Shown: in pieces, positions 18,102 through 30,446 of the stretch
How the letters are laid out: the number at the start of each line of letters is the position of its first letter
Position numbering within the stretch: the first letter of the stretch is position 1
Source: the human T2T-CHM13v2.0 reference genome, Homo sapiens
Reading direction: 5' to 3' (one strand)
DNA length: 64,000 nucleotides
Assembly: GCF_009914755.1 (NCBI RefSeq)
Contig: NC_060927.1
The notes under the pieces: generated by a model
What the model saw: the letters and a program-made list of their open reading frames with translations, nothing else
Told to the model about the DNA's origin: nothing
Databases searched by the model: none
Program-made: the position numbers and the translations under genes

Positions 18102-18530
18102 GAGTATGTGTATATTGATATGTAATCATGTGACTAGACCCTTCACTGTATACTATATAGGAAAAGATATATAATATGCTAGAAAAACACACTATAAGAA
18201 CTGTTCTTACCAGAAAGTAAGCTTATTCCAGAAGAGGTTGGCCCTGTCTCCATCAGGAATTGTCAGAATTACAGGGATATAGCAAAGTGTTCTTTTTGAC
18301 ACATCAGGATTCCTTTCTCTTGAATGAAATGACTATATTCTTCTTCATTGAAGCATTTGTATAATTAATCAAGATGTTTGTATATTACTCTCCTCCTAAC
18401 ATGTGAGAGCTGCAGGTATTTTAAATGAGAATGCTTCAGGATGTGTAGTACTGTCTCTGTGTGCAGATTTACTTTTTATTTTATACGTCTGGTTTTTTTG
18501 TGTGTATGCATGTGTGTTGTGTTGTGTGTT

Positions 18531-18849
18531 TTCAGACAGGGTCTCCCACTGTCACCCAGGCCAGAGTGCAGTGGAGCTCACTCCACCCTCCACCTCCTGG
18601 GCTCAAGGGATCCTCCTGCCTCCTCCTCCCAAGTATCTGGGACTGCATGTGCATGCCACTATGCCTGGCTATTATTATTATTTTTTAATGTAGAGATAAA
18701 GTCTTGCTATGTTGCCAAGGTTTGTCTTGAATGTCTAAGCTCAAGCAGTCCTCCCCACTTGGCCGCCCAAGTTGGGGATAACCCCACTTGGGATAATCCC
18801 CAAAACGCCCAAGGTTTTGGGATTATAGATGTGAGTCACTGCACCTAGC
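18531..18849 (-). mobile_element. AluJ carrying an internal templated insertion
   Basis: AGACAGGGTCTC...CTCCTGGGCTCAAGGGATCCTCC...GGGATTATAGATGTGAGTCACTGCACC; extra sequence at 18772-18813. Confidence 0.85.
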
Positions 18850-19227
18850 TGTTTATTTTACGGAGGGGCCAGTTAACTAATTCCCTCTTCTAATAAAATT
18901 GTTTTGTAAATCCAAATTTGTTCTTGCCTGTTACTACTATTTAGAATTTTGCAATTTTATTATACCTAGTCAAAAGAAGGAAGGACGATTCAAAAGGAAG
19001 AGGAAAGAAAATTAATATTAATCAATATATATCAAATGCATACTAGGCTTTTAGCATCATCTCAAATATTTTATATATATTATTTAACATTCACAAGTAC
19101 CACATAAGATAAATATTACAGTTATGATTTTACACATCTGTAATATCCAGAGATATTCAAGAATCATAGCCAGTAAGTTGGATGAACATTGCCTAAAAAA
19201 CACATTTTTAAAATCTGAAAGCCAGAA

Positions 19228-19692
19228 CACTTAACCCTTGAACAACGTTAGCTGCATGAATCCACTAATACCCACATTTTTTAAAATAAAAGTTACACCA
19301 AGGGTGCCTGCCTTTCCTGCCTCGCCTTCCATCTCTTTCACCTCTGTCACCCCAGAGACAGCAGAACTAATCCCTCCTCTTCCTCATCCTCTTCAGCCTA
19401 CTCAACTTGAAGATGATGAGGGTGAAGACCTTTGTGATGATCCACTTCCACCTAATGAAAAGTAAATATGTTTCCTCTTTCTTATGATTTTCTTAATAAC
19501 ATTTCTTTAGCTTACTTTACTGTAAGAATAATGCATATAAGATACAAAATATGTGTTGACTGTTTATGTTATCGGTAAGACTTTTGGTGAATAGTTGGCT
19601 ATTAAAGTTTTGGAACAGTCAAAATTAAACACCGATTTTTGACTTCATGGGGGTTGGTACCCCTACCCTCCTCGTTGTTCAAGGGGCAACTG
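19228..19692 (+). mobile_element. Tigger2a/MER28-like DNA transposon (TcMar-Tigger)
   Basis: TIR-like ends CACTTAACCCTTGAACAAC and GTTGTTCAAGGGGCAACTG followed by TA; internal GAAGACCTTTGTGATGATCCACTTCCA motif. Confidence 0.85.
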
Positions 19693-21109
19693 TATATTCT
19701 TTTTGGTGTATATAGAGACCCTGTAAAAGAGAATTAAACTTTTTCAAGTCCCTCATTTGTAATAGTAATACATGTATAGCCTTTAACAATTTTAAAGCGT
19801 GCTCTTAAAGAACATTTTCTTTGCCCATCATAATAAATGCTTATATTAGGCATTATTACCTCCGTTTTACTTGTTAAAAATCCTGGACTTCTACAATCTG
19901 TCAGAGTTGGAGAATCAAAGGAGAAAGTGCCTTAGCAAAGAGAATATAGCTGAAACAAGAATCAATCAGGCTGTTGGGGATATAAATCTGGAATGAAAAT
20001 TAGACTGAATTTGTTCTTAAGCATCTTTGTTGTTTGAGCTCTTTGTTTTCTCATGTTTAGAATGAGAAGTGGGGGGATTTAATTACGTTTAGTGACCTTT
20101 CAAGCTCTAAAATGTTTTGCTACTTGAAAGTGTACTTAGATGTGTTAATGTTATATACAGAAAGAAACTGACTGAAGCTACTTAATAAAAAGTAATCAAG
20201 ATGAATTATAACAGAAATAGTAATATAAGATAGGAAATCCTGAACTAATATTAGGTTATGTGCCTAAATTTGTGATTTTTATTTAAACCTGGCCTTAATA
20301 TTTGGCTTCATTTACCTTTCCCTTTTAACCTCAGCGTCCCACCTTAACATAGAATCAATCTATGCTATTTGCTATGTATCCCAGGTGGATAACTGTTCTT
20401 GTAGTTGACCTTCATAATGTAACTTTATTGGTATAGTTAAGGTTAATGGCACATTAATTTTCTATAAGACATCAGTCAGTATCCCATTTTAATTTACCAT
20501 TTTCATGATGACTGCTGTTCTAAGTTGTTTGTGTCATTTTTGGCTGCCATAAATTATCCCGAAGCAAATATCAATGTGAACTCAGAACCATGCATGCTGA
20601 TGACTTCTGAAATTATTAATGCCAGTACATAGGAAAAAGAAATACATGAGTGCACATTTGGTTGATAATTTCTTTATAGATTACCATTAACCTCTTTCTT
20701 TAAGGGAACAGCATAAGTACATCTGTGTTTATTTGCTCTAAGGGAAACAACAGTTATAATTAGGAATAATTATAACAGCAGCAGTGAAACTCTAAAAAAT
20801 ATCCTGGAATTACTATCATTCCTAAAATATTTTTATTTCAGTGGAAACAGCCACCATTAGGATCTCATGGGAGAGTTCAAAGAGAAATGATAGATTATTT
20901 CAGATAGACCCTTGTTGGGTGGCTGAATTCTCAGAGTGGAAATAGCAGATAATTTGGGCTCTGTTCAAAGCAGTCTGAAGAAGCTCTGTCCTATAGCTCT
21001 GAAGGGACCCATTTTAATTCACAGAGCACATTAATTGTTATCCCCCTTATAAACATGTCTTTGTTTGAAGCATTATCTCAATTGTGAAATGTGGCTTAGA
21101 ACAATTCTA

Positions 21110-21330
21110 GATAGTATAGTGGTAAAAAACTTCAACTCAGGAGTCACATAGATATGGGTTCAAATCTCATCTCCACCATTTATTAGCCATGTACCCCCAT
21201 GAAAATTATTTAAAACTTTTAGTTTCCTTAGCTTTAAATGGAAATAATAAGGCTGTCCCCACAGAACTGTCCTGAGGGTTAAAGAATCTTTCCAGAGTGA
21301 CCTGTACTTAGTAAATAGCTCCCAAAATTG
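21110..21330 (+). mobile_element. MIR SINE
   Basis: TGGGTTCAAATCTCATCTCCACCATTTATTAGC...AGTTTCCTTAGCTTTAAATGGAAATAATAA, a MIR core. Confidence 0.7.
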
Positions 21331-22069
21331 TGGAATTCTGTAGCTGTTTAAATGAGAAGAGATTTTTATTAAGAGGTTTCCAAATTTGTCCTCTTTAGCA
21401 TGCCATTATTGTCACTTTCAATCACTTGGGTTTTCAGTACTATTATTTTATTATTTTTTCTTCATATCAGCTTTAAATTTATTCTCTTTTCATACTTAGT
21501 CTTGTCAAAGCCAGATTGTCTCGGAGGTCTTGATGTTAGACGACCTAGTATCTCAGGTTTCTCTTTGTAAAACAATTGAATTAATACATGGATGTGGTTA
21601 GGAAAGTCATTTGTGGTCACATAAACTTCAGAATCCTTTATGTCCAGTTCTTCTCTGTCACTTGGGTATTCCTGTTATAAGAGAGAAAGGAGTCATATTT
21701 AGTGACATGATTTGACCTTCATTTTTACTTAACCTTTGGTAAGTAACAGTGAGCTGCTTCAAAATATAGTAGTATTTGTGTATTAAAAACCCACATTCAT
21801 GATCCTTAATATAAACCAGGCACTGTGGGAAACCACAAACAGAGGAAAGAACATTACCAACACCTGTAGTTATTTATTTTATGTGCTTTGGAAAATAAGT
21901 TAAATGCCCTCAGGAGCAGTGTTCATACATGAAAAAATTCTCTACTTATGCCACAAGGTCACATAGGATTGTCTGTATGATAAAGTATACATTAGATTAC
22001 TCTATCTATTTTGTAACACTTTATAGCTGTAAGGTTGTATTTTTAAACGAGCAAAAATGAATCAAAATT

Positions 22070-22580
22070 TAATTTGAAAGCAGGGACTCAAACAGATACT
22101 TCTGTATCAATGTTCACAGCAGCATTACTTAAAATAGCCAAAAGGTAGAAACAACCCACATGTCCATCAATGTGTGAATGGATAAACAAAACATGGTGTA
22201 AACATAGGACGGAATTTTATTCAGCCTTAAAGAGGAATGAAATTCTGATACTTGCTACAACATGGACGCACCTTGAAAACACTAACTGACTGAAATAAGC
22301 AAGACACAAAAGGATGAATAACTATATCAAATATCACATGTAAGGCACCCAGAGTAGTTAAATTCAGCAAGACAGAAGGCATAATAGTGGTTACCAGGGG
22401 CTGGGGAGTTATTTTTTTAATGGGTACAGATTTTCTATTGGGGATCATGTAAAAGTGTTGGAAATGGATAATGGCAATGGTGACACAATCTTGTGAATGT
22501 ACTTAATGCCACTGAATTGTACACTTAAAAGTGGCTAAAATGCAGACTTTACATTATGTTAGCTCTCCACAATAAAATGT
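22070..22580 (+). mobile_element. L1MB 3'-end fragment
   Basis: AAAGCAGGGACTCAAACAGATACTT, AATAGCCAAAAGGTAGAAACAACCC and CCACTGAATTGTACACTTAAAA. Confidence 0.85.
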
Positions 22581-22692
22581 ATACTGAATTTTAAAAAGTG
22601 AACAGAAACTTAGAAACTAAAATACTAAGCATCTAATTATCTGAAATATGCTGTTAAGTGTCTTTTTCTTTTATTGAGCAACAAGCTGTGTG

Positions 22693-22783
22693 TATTTAAC
22701 ATTCTAAGATCTTTAAACTAGAGGAAAAGTTGCTCTTTTCCTATTTAACATTCTAAGATCTTTAAAATAGAGGAAAAGTTGCT
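22693..22783. repeat. Near-tandem 42-bp duplication
   Basis: 22693-22734 and 22742-22783 differ at one position and are separated by a 7-nt spacer. Confidence 0.9.
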
Positions 22784-23835
22784 TTCTCAGATTGGTGGAT
22801 TTCACATTGATGGAATACTGGAGGATTACCGAAGTTCACTTTCCTGGGGGCTCTAGTTCATGTCTGACTCCTGTCATATAGGCCCAAAATTGCCATCTCA
22901 GCTGCACAGAGCCTCAGCTTGATAAGCAAAGGTATTTTTCTTGCAAGAGCTCTCTTGCCTCTGGAGAGACTGATCTGGAATGACTGTCAATAACAACAAC
23001 CATATACCTGAAGAATCGGTCTCTTCCATTTTAATTTCATAGACATGCACCGCTGGAACTATGATTATTACAGGATGAAGTCTCCTATAGGAAAGCCGGC
23101 TGAGCTAACAAAATCAAGCCCCATTAGTCTGTCCCTGGAGCACAAACTCTAAATGGCCAGGGGAGGGAAAGTCACACAGGAGAGGGCAAGTGATTGGAAA
23201 TTGTAGAAAATGGGAGAACGTTGTTGCGTGCCATGGTCTCATGGAGATTCATGGAACCTGGTAAATTAAAGTGCACATCCGTCCCTTAAATTGTCATGCT
23301 GCTTCACGTTTACTTAACTTTTGTACAGACTTTTACAGACTTGTAGAAGTATTTGTACAGACTTTTAGAAGTCTCTCCTTCTTCCATTGCTTGTAGCTCT
23401 TAGATTTAAATGATCACCTGTTCTTTTTTGCAGTCAAGTTGGGATGTGCCCCCAAACACGTAACATGTTTTGAAACTAAACAAATATCCACCATTAAATT
23501 AAGTTTCTTTGATGCTTTCTTTTTTCCTGGCAGAATTTGGTCAAAGCAACTATTTCATTGCAACCCTGACTTGAATAAACAAGTACATGCATGCTCATAT
23601 AGCTGTGTATACTCATGTGGGCTGCTTTAGTGCCTTGACTCAAATTTACATTACTTTCAAGTATAAACAATACAATACTAATACAAACAATTTTGGGAGA
23701 CAGTAAAGTTTAGTACTGGGCTCTATAATATGCTTGTGTGTTTTTGGAAATCTGTACCGTGCATTGGCAATCCAGAGAGTGCTGGTGGAGACAGGACTAA
23801 CACAATGGTTCCCAACTAAGGTTATTCCTAGAGAA

Positions 23836-24030
23836 GGGCTTCTCAACTTCAACACTGTTCACATTTTGGGCTAGATAAATCTTGGTTATGGGGAGCTCTC
23901 CTGTTCATTATAGGATATTTATCAGCACTCCTGGCCTCTACTATTAGATGCCAGTAACATCTGTTCTCCTCTAGCCATGGCAATTAAAAATGTCTCCAGA
24001 TATTGTCTAGTGTCCTCTGGCGGGGAGGGG
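23836..24030 (-). mobile_element. MER20 (hAT-Charlie)
   Basis: TTCTCAACTTCAACACTGTTCACATTTTGGGC...AGATGCCAGTAACA...AAAAATGTCTCCAGATATTG. Confidence 0.75.
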
Positions 24031-24877
24031 GCAAGAAGAGCAGTTTAGAGCATGGCATGAAATCCCAGGGGCAGGGTGTTGGGCTAATTCAAAGAGGCTT
24101 AGGGTTTTGAAGCAGTGAGTGGTGAGAGGAGAAGAATGATAGAAGAAATAACTGGACAACGTGTCTGCAGCATTTTTTTCCCATGGCATTGCTTCTTGTA
24201 AGATACACACGCACACTCACACTCATACTTTTGTTCTACATAACATATATATTGTGTAGTATGAAGTTTATGAGTTATAACACTGTCGTCAGAGTTATAC
24301 CTTTATCCTATATCCAGAAGCATAAGACGGTAACTTAAAATCTGACTGTTTTATCTAAAAATGTGCTTTCTTTTGGGTATTGTCAGGACTCTTGGTTTCA
24401 GTTTTAATTTCTATAAATCCAGAGATTTGAACAATTCCCCTGCTAGCTTCTGTTTCTCTTTGTGTCCCAGATCTGTTTCCCTCCATCTATAGCCAGGACA
24501 GGAGTAACTTGATTCTGAGAACCCTGAGCCTACCCCAAAAGGTAAAGGAATCACCTTTCCCTATGTCCACAGATTAAAATGAGAAAAACATTTTTGGGTT
24601 TGCTTGAGTCTTAAGTGTTCTTCTGACCTAGGCACTTCTCCAGGGGGCTGGACAAGCCTGGCTCATCTAATTTCTACCCTCCCCTAGCCCCCAACTTTCC
24701 AACCTCGCAAACAATCATAAGGAGTGCTCCCCCCACCTCAAAAGCAGAGATGCTTTATTTAGTACTCTGAAGACAAAATGAAGCTGCAATTTCTTTTTGA
24801 AAATCTTCCCCCCAGTTTTTCATTCCCTTATTTTCAGTGAGATATTCATCCTCTACTTTAAATGTACATTCTCTTAT

Positions 24878-25335
24878 AGTAGTTCTCAAAGTCTGGTCGA
24901 GGAAACCTGAAGGGGTAGTGAAAACTTTCAAATGGATGTCAGATCAAAGCTATTTTTGTAATAATACTAAGAAGGTATTTGCCTTTGTCACTCTCAGTCT
25001 CTCACAAGCATACAGTGGAGTTTTCCAGAGGCTGCGTGACATTTGATGTCACATAAGAGCGAATGCAGAAGCAAATAGGAGGATCCATTTGTCTATGATT
25101 AAGCCAGACATTAAAGAGAGATTTACAAAAATGTAGAACATGCTATCCTCCTCATTATTTTTTGCTTTATATAATATTTTCCCATTGAACATGCTATTTA
25201 TGTTAATATGTAATAGACTTACTGTTATTTTATGAATTGAAAAGTATTTTAGAAGTTTCCATTTTAATTTCTAATGTAGTAAATATCAATAAACCTAATC
25301 CATTAATTAAAACTCTTTAGCATTCTCCCTAATTT
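24878..25335 (+). mobile_element. hAT-Charlie fragment (MER119/Charlie4-like)
   Basis: AGTAGTTCTCAAAGTCTGGTC start; CAGTGGAGTTTTCCAGAGGCT...GAATGCAGAAGCA...AAGCCAGACATTAAAGAG. Confidence 0.65.
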
Positions 25336-25860
25336 TAAGAACGCCTTTTGTTTTTATGGTCTTACTTGAATACCTGAGTCTTCATCAAGTTCTTGCCACG
25401 ATGGCTTTTAGAACTCCAACATTTCCAGCCCGGTGAAAGCCACAGAATCTTTTCAGCTCAAGCCCTCCAGTGGATGTTCACAATTAAAAATTTCCCATTT
25501 TTTCCTGTATTTAGATGTCTCTTTGCTGTACAACAAGGAACTTACCAGCGGTCACTACACATACTGGATTATAGGCAAGATAGCCATTTAAGGGTAGCGA
25601 AAAATGTAAGAATTTTTATTTATATATTTTATGTGATTTGAAACGATTGTGATTTATATTTCATTATGTATATAACATCAGTAATAGAGTACATATGTGT
25701 ACTTTAGAAATAAAAATACCTAATTAGAGGTGTATGCTTTATTTTCTAATAGAAATATGCTATCAACAAAAGTGATACTTATCCTATAATATTTGAGCCT
25801 GTTTTGGGGAAAATTATAACTTGATACAGAGTGAAAAGAATAAATATTTCTTTTAGAGGA

Positions 25861-26351
25861 TGTGATGGTTAATTTTATGGTTCAGTTTGACTGGGCCACA
25901 GAGTGCCCAAATATTTGATCACATTATTAGTCTGGGTATTTCTGTGAGGATGTTTCTGGATGAAATTAACATTTGAATTAGTAGATGGAATAAAGCAGGT
26001 TGCTTTCCCAAATGTGGGTGGGCCTTATGCAATCAGCTGAAGGCCTGAATAGAACAAAATAGTGACCTTCCCCTAGGAAGAGAGAATTTCCCTGTCCCTA
26101 CTACCTTTGAACTGGGACATTGGCTTTTTTCCTGCATTCAGATTGAAACTGAAACATTGGCTCATCCTAGGTCTCACACCTGTCAGCCTTCAGACTGGAA
26201 ATACAGCATCTCACGTCTACTGGGCCTCAGGCCTTTGAACTTGGACTGGAAATAGACTGTCAGCTCTCCTGGGCCTCTAACTTGCTGACTCACCCTGCAG
26301 ATTTTGGGACTTGTCAGCCTCCTTAATTGTGTGAGCCAATTCCTTCTAATA

Positions 26352-26392
<41 letters not shown>

Positions 26393-26427
26393 TTACTGAT
26401 TCTGTTTCTCTGGAGAACTCTGCTACA
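25861..26427 (+). mobile_element. MLT2 solo LTR (ERVL) with internal (CA)n
   Basis: TGTGATGGTTAATTTTATG start, TCTGTTTCTCTGGAGAAC...ACA end, and (CA)n at about 26357-26389. Confidence 0.85.
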
Positions 26428-26994
26428 GGAGATTACACAAACTGTAAAGGAAATATACTATCGCATAAATTAAGCAATGATCTCTATAACTTCTTCAGTC
26501 TGAGAACTCATTCCTTCTGGTCACTGGATGCCTTACAAGGACAGAATAGGGAAATAGGTTTTACTTGAAGCAAGAATAGGAATGGCTGTAACTGTTTTTG
26601 AATTAGTACTGTCTGTGAGCCCCTGGGCAATGAAGGTATTATTGTCTCCATTTTACAAACGCAGAAATCAAAGCTAAGAAAGAATACTTTGCCCAGGGTC
26701 CTACAGAAGTAAATAAAGTAGCTAGAATTTGAGCCAGCCTTTTTCTAACTCCGAGGCCTATCCTCTTACTAGTTGACTATCCATAAATCAATTTTCTACC
26801 TATAAAGCTTCCTTGGACTTGAGTATCCATAAAACAACTTCCCACCTACAAAGATGTAGGTAGGAAAGATAATTTTCAAAGTGTTTTAAATGTAGCATTG
26901 CCTACCCTGGAGTTCAGTTAAGCCACAACTGATCTGTGGTAATTTGGGGAAATTTCATCAAGTTGGTCTAGAATTACAGACTCCTGGGAATAGA

Positions 26995-27004
26995 TGTGTG
27001 TGTG

Positions 27005-27037
<33 letters not shown>
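26995..27037. repeat. (TG)n microsatellite
   Basis: Seen directly, with one interruption. Confidence 0.95.
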
Positions 27038-27701
27038 CTATAAAGTGCCAAGCTTATTTTCCAAAAGGATAAAGGTATTTCCCAGTGAGTAGGAAATGTT
27101 TGCATTCTTCATGTATTTGTGCATGGATTTCCAAATTGATGGATTTTGCTTCAAAATTAGTCAAGAAATCAATCCTGGAAGTTATTGTGTGTGTAGCTCA
27201 ATTCAGTAAAGTGGCAAAATATTATTTATTTCATCCTCCTTATGCTATTTAGTTTCCATCTCATTCCTCATGGTAATGGAGAAATAGTCTATGATATTGT
27301 AAACACATATGGATCTTTAAGATTTATTTTATATTTGTTTTAGCGTTCAGGAGGCACTTGGCTTTTGCATCTCTCCCTCTTTAGGAAAGAAAACCAGGTC
27401 ATGCCTTATATTTTATATATGTTTTACATGTATTTCCTTTCAAAAATGTGTCATGGTATACTTAGTCCTTCCCTTTAAAGAAAACCATAATGCAGATCTC
27501 ATTAAGGAACATAAATAGTGATACATATATATGGAAAAGGACACACATTCTTTAGTGCAGTGGTGGGAACTAGTGATCTTCCTCCAAATGCCAGAATAAA
27601 TAGATGTTCCTAGCAAAAAGCAGGGACTATATTTGGAACCTCCCCTATTCTGGAGTTCCAGATCTGATTACTCATGTAGAATCTCCTGTTTCATATATAG
27701 G

Positions 27702-28457
27702 TGACAGTGTTCAGGACTCATTACCCCAAAACATGGCATCTTAGCATTTGAGGAAACAGCCAAAGCAGACCATACAAACTAGAAAGAATTCCCCTCACCC
27801 CTTCCCCACTGAAGTAGGTCATAAGACCCTCATCTGGAGGAGTCCTGACTTATACCCAGAGGAAAGCAATATCACACATGGTTGCCAAGAAGAATTTGAA
27901 CAAACAGAATTTGCTAAGTTCTTCCTGGTTTATTACTGTTATATTATACCCTTTTGTCTTCCAATCATACTTCTGCACGGCTGTCCATTAAAAATACACA
28001 GTTTTGGCCGGGCGTGGTAATCCCAGCACTTTGGGAGGCCGAGGCGGGCGGATCACGGGGTCAGGAGATCGAGACCATCCTGGCTAACACGGTGAAACCC
28101 CGTCTCTACTAAAAATACAAAAAATTAGCCGGGCGTGGTGGCGGGCGCCTGTAGTCCCAGCTACTCGGGAGGCTGAGGCAGGAGAATGGCGGGAACCCGG
28201 GAGGCGGAGCTTGCGGTGAGCCAAGATGGCGCCACCGCCCTCCAGCCTGAGCGACAGAGCCAGACTCCGTCTCAAAAAATAAAAAAATAAAAAACACAGT
28301 TTTCCCCAGGTCTTTAATTATGCATTTCTGAATAATCTCGCATCATGTAAAACTTACGTTAAATTAATTGTATGCATTTCTCTTATTAATCTATCTTTTG
28401 TTGTAGGGGCTTTAGCCATGAACATTGATAGGAGTTAGAAATATTTTCTTCCTTACA
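27702..28457 (+). mobile_element. ERV1 solo LTR (MER34/MER39-like), interrupted by AluY
   Basis: TTCAGGAC...TACCCCAAAACATGGCATCTTAGCATTTGAG near the start, AAGTAGGTCATAAGACCCTCAT internally, CTTCCTTACA at the end. Confidence 0.65.
28006..28292 (+). mobile_element. AluY, CpG-rich, with a 13-nt 5' deletion
   Basis: Near-consensus AluY lacking GGCTCACGCCTGT; TSD ACACAGTTTT at 27996-28005 and 28293-28302. Confidence 0.95.
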
Positions 28458-28463
28458 CGTATA

Positions 28464-28758
28464 CAGTTGGCCCTCCATATCCTTGGGTTCCACATCTGCG
28501 GATTCAACCAACTGCGGATCAATAATGTTTGGAAAAAAAAAAACAATAAAAAATAACAAAAATGTTAAAATACAGTATAAAATCTATTTACATAGCATTT
28601 TCATTGTATTAGGTGTTATAAGTAATCTAGAGATGATTTAAAATATACTGGAGGGTGTGCAGGAGTCACATGTAAATACGACATCACTTTATATAAGGGA
28701 CCCCAGCATCTGCAGGGAGTTCTGGAACCAATCCCATGTGGATACCAAGGGACGACTG
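28464..28758 (+). mobile_element. MER2 (TcMar-Tigger)
   Basis: TIRs CAGTTGGCCCTCCATATCC and GGATACCAAGGGACGACTG; internal GGATTCAACCAAC motif. Confidence 0.85.
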
Positions 28759-29705
28759 CATTCTCCAAATCCTGGGCATGGGCATACCATATTTCTTAAC
28801 ATAGCTGCTTACCATCTCTAATGTTGTCTATTTACCATTTTCTATAAATCTACTGGGTTTTAAACTAATTTTTGATATGAAGAAAGTTTATATCAATATA
28901 AATAGAAGTAAAATTTTTCACAAATGGAAAATAATAAAATAAAAATTTTCACAAATGGAAAATTAACATAAAAATAAATTTGCAAATATTTACAAGCGTA
29001 ACATAAATACACATCAACTTAAACTCAAATGTTTACAAAATAAAAATAATACTGTCTACCACCAGAAGTGCAATGACCATATTTTTTAAACTATGATTTC
29101 TCCTATATGTCTATATTTCATGGCTGAAATTGTAGTTCAGAGCTCTCACCATCGTTTCTACTACATACAAATCACTTATGTCAGTGGAAATGTTTTCTGC
29201 CAAGAAGTGCCAAATTGTGAGCCTCTCAGGCCTCCAGACCATGTTTCCTTCACTTCTAAACGCCATTATGTCACCCACTGCATAGTTATCTAGTGCATAT
29301 AGGATAAACGCTCAACGAAGAAAGCCAGGTCATGCTTTACACCTTACATTTTGTTTTAGACATATTCCTTTTCAAAAATATATCCCTGTGTAATTAACCC
29401 TTCTGTCCTTTAAAGCAAAGGAGTTAAGCACTCAAATGGCAATCACCAGGAATGAGGCCCACTACAGTCTAGGAGCACCAGGGCAGTGCAGTACAAAAAA
29501 CTCAAGTAGAGAAACCAGTGATAACTGGGGAAAGTTACTTCGACTCACAGAACTTTAGTTATCACATCTATAAAATGAGATAATACACTCTGCCTTATTG
29601 AGGCATTTTTTTTTATTAAAAACAGCCTTTGCTTTGTACCAGGAAAAATTAAAAGCACTTAATAAGCATTAATTTATGTAGTCCTCCTAACAGCCCTTAT
29701 GAGGC

Positions 29706-30446
29706 TGTAAAGGAACAAACAAACGTTTCTCTCTACTTACACTAAACATGCCACACTTTTTGACCAGATGTGTGGGTTTTGATTTCTGACACATCCATTT
29801 TCAGGTACATAGTTATGATTCCATTTAATTCCGATGCTGTCTACCTGGAGTTACAGTCAGAACCCACATGTTAAGAGCTCGGTCCCACGTGAATGCCCCC
29901 TACTTCAGATGCCAGTCCTAAATCGGGCTCCCCAGAACTTCTGGCCAATTGATATAAATTAGAGATTCCCATGACCGCCTCCTTGGGTTCAGCCATTTGC
30001 TAGAGTGGCTCACAGAACCCAGGAAAGTGCTTTACTTATATTTACTGGTTTATAATAAAGGATATTATAAAGAATACAGATGAACAGCCAGATGGAAGAA
30101 ATGCATAGGAAAAGGTATGTGCGAAGGAGCACAGATCTTCCATCCCCAAGCACCTCCACGTGTTGGGCAACATGGAAGCTCTCCAGTTGCAGTCCTTTTT
30201 GGTTTTTATGGCGACTTCACTACAGAGGCATGATTGATTAAACCATTGGCCAGTGGTGGTTGAGTCAACCTTCAGCCCCTCTTCCCTCCTGAGGCTATTT
30301 AGGAGTCTTGGGCCACCAGTCATTACCCTTCTAAAAGACTTATCACTTTGGAGATTCCAGGGATTTTAGGAGTTCTGTGTCAAGAAATGAAGAAGAAAGA
30401 AATGAAGACCAAATATATATTTCTTATTCTAAAGCACAATATCACA
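29706..30446 (-). mobile_element. MER21-family solo LTR inserted into a MIR
   Basis: Ends GAAGACCAAATATATATTTCTTATT...ACAATATCACA (reverse complement of the MER21 start); flanks GAGGC and GAGGA; MIR-like sequence on both sides. Confidence 0.75.

Noticed and set aside
19238-19465. 75-aa ORF with an acidic tail
   Set aside because: Lies inside the non-autonomous Tigger2a element.
24010-24026. CTCF-like motif in MER20 (also partial matches near 35360 and 41505)
   Set aside because: Core mismatches; cannot be supported without ChIP data.
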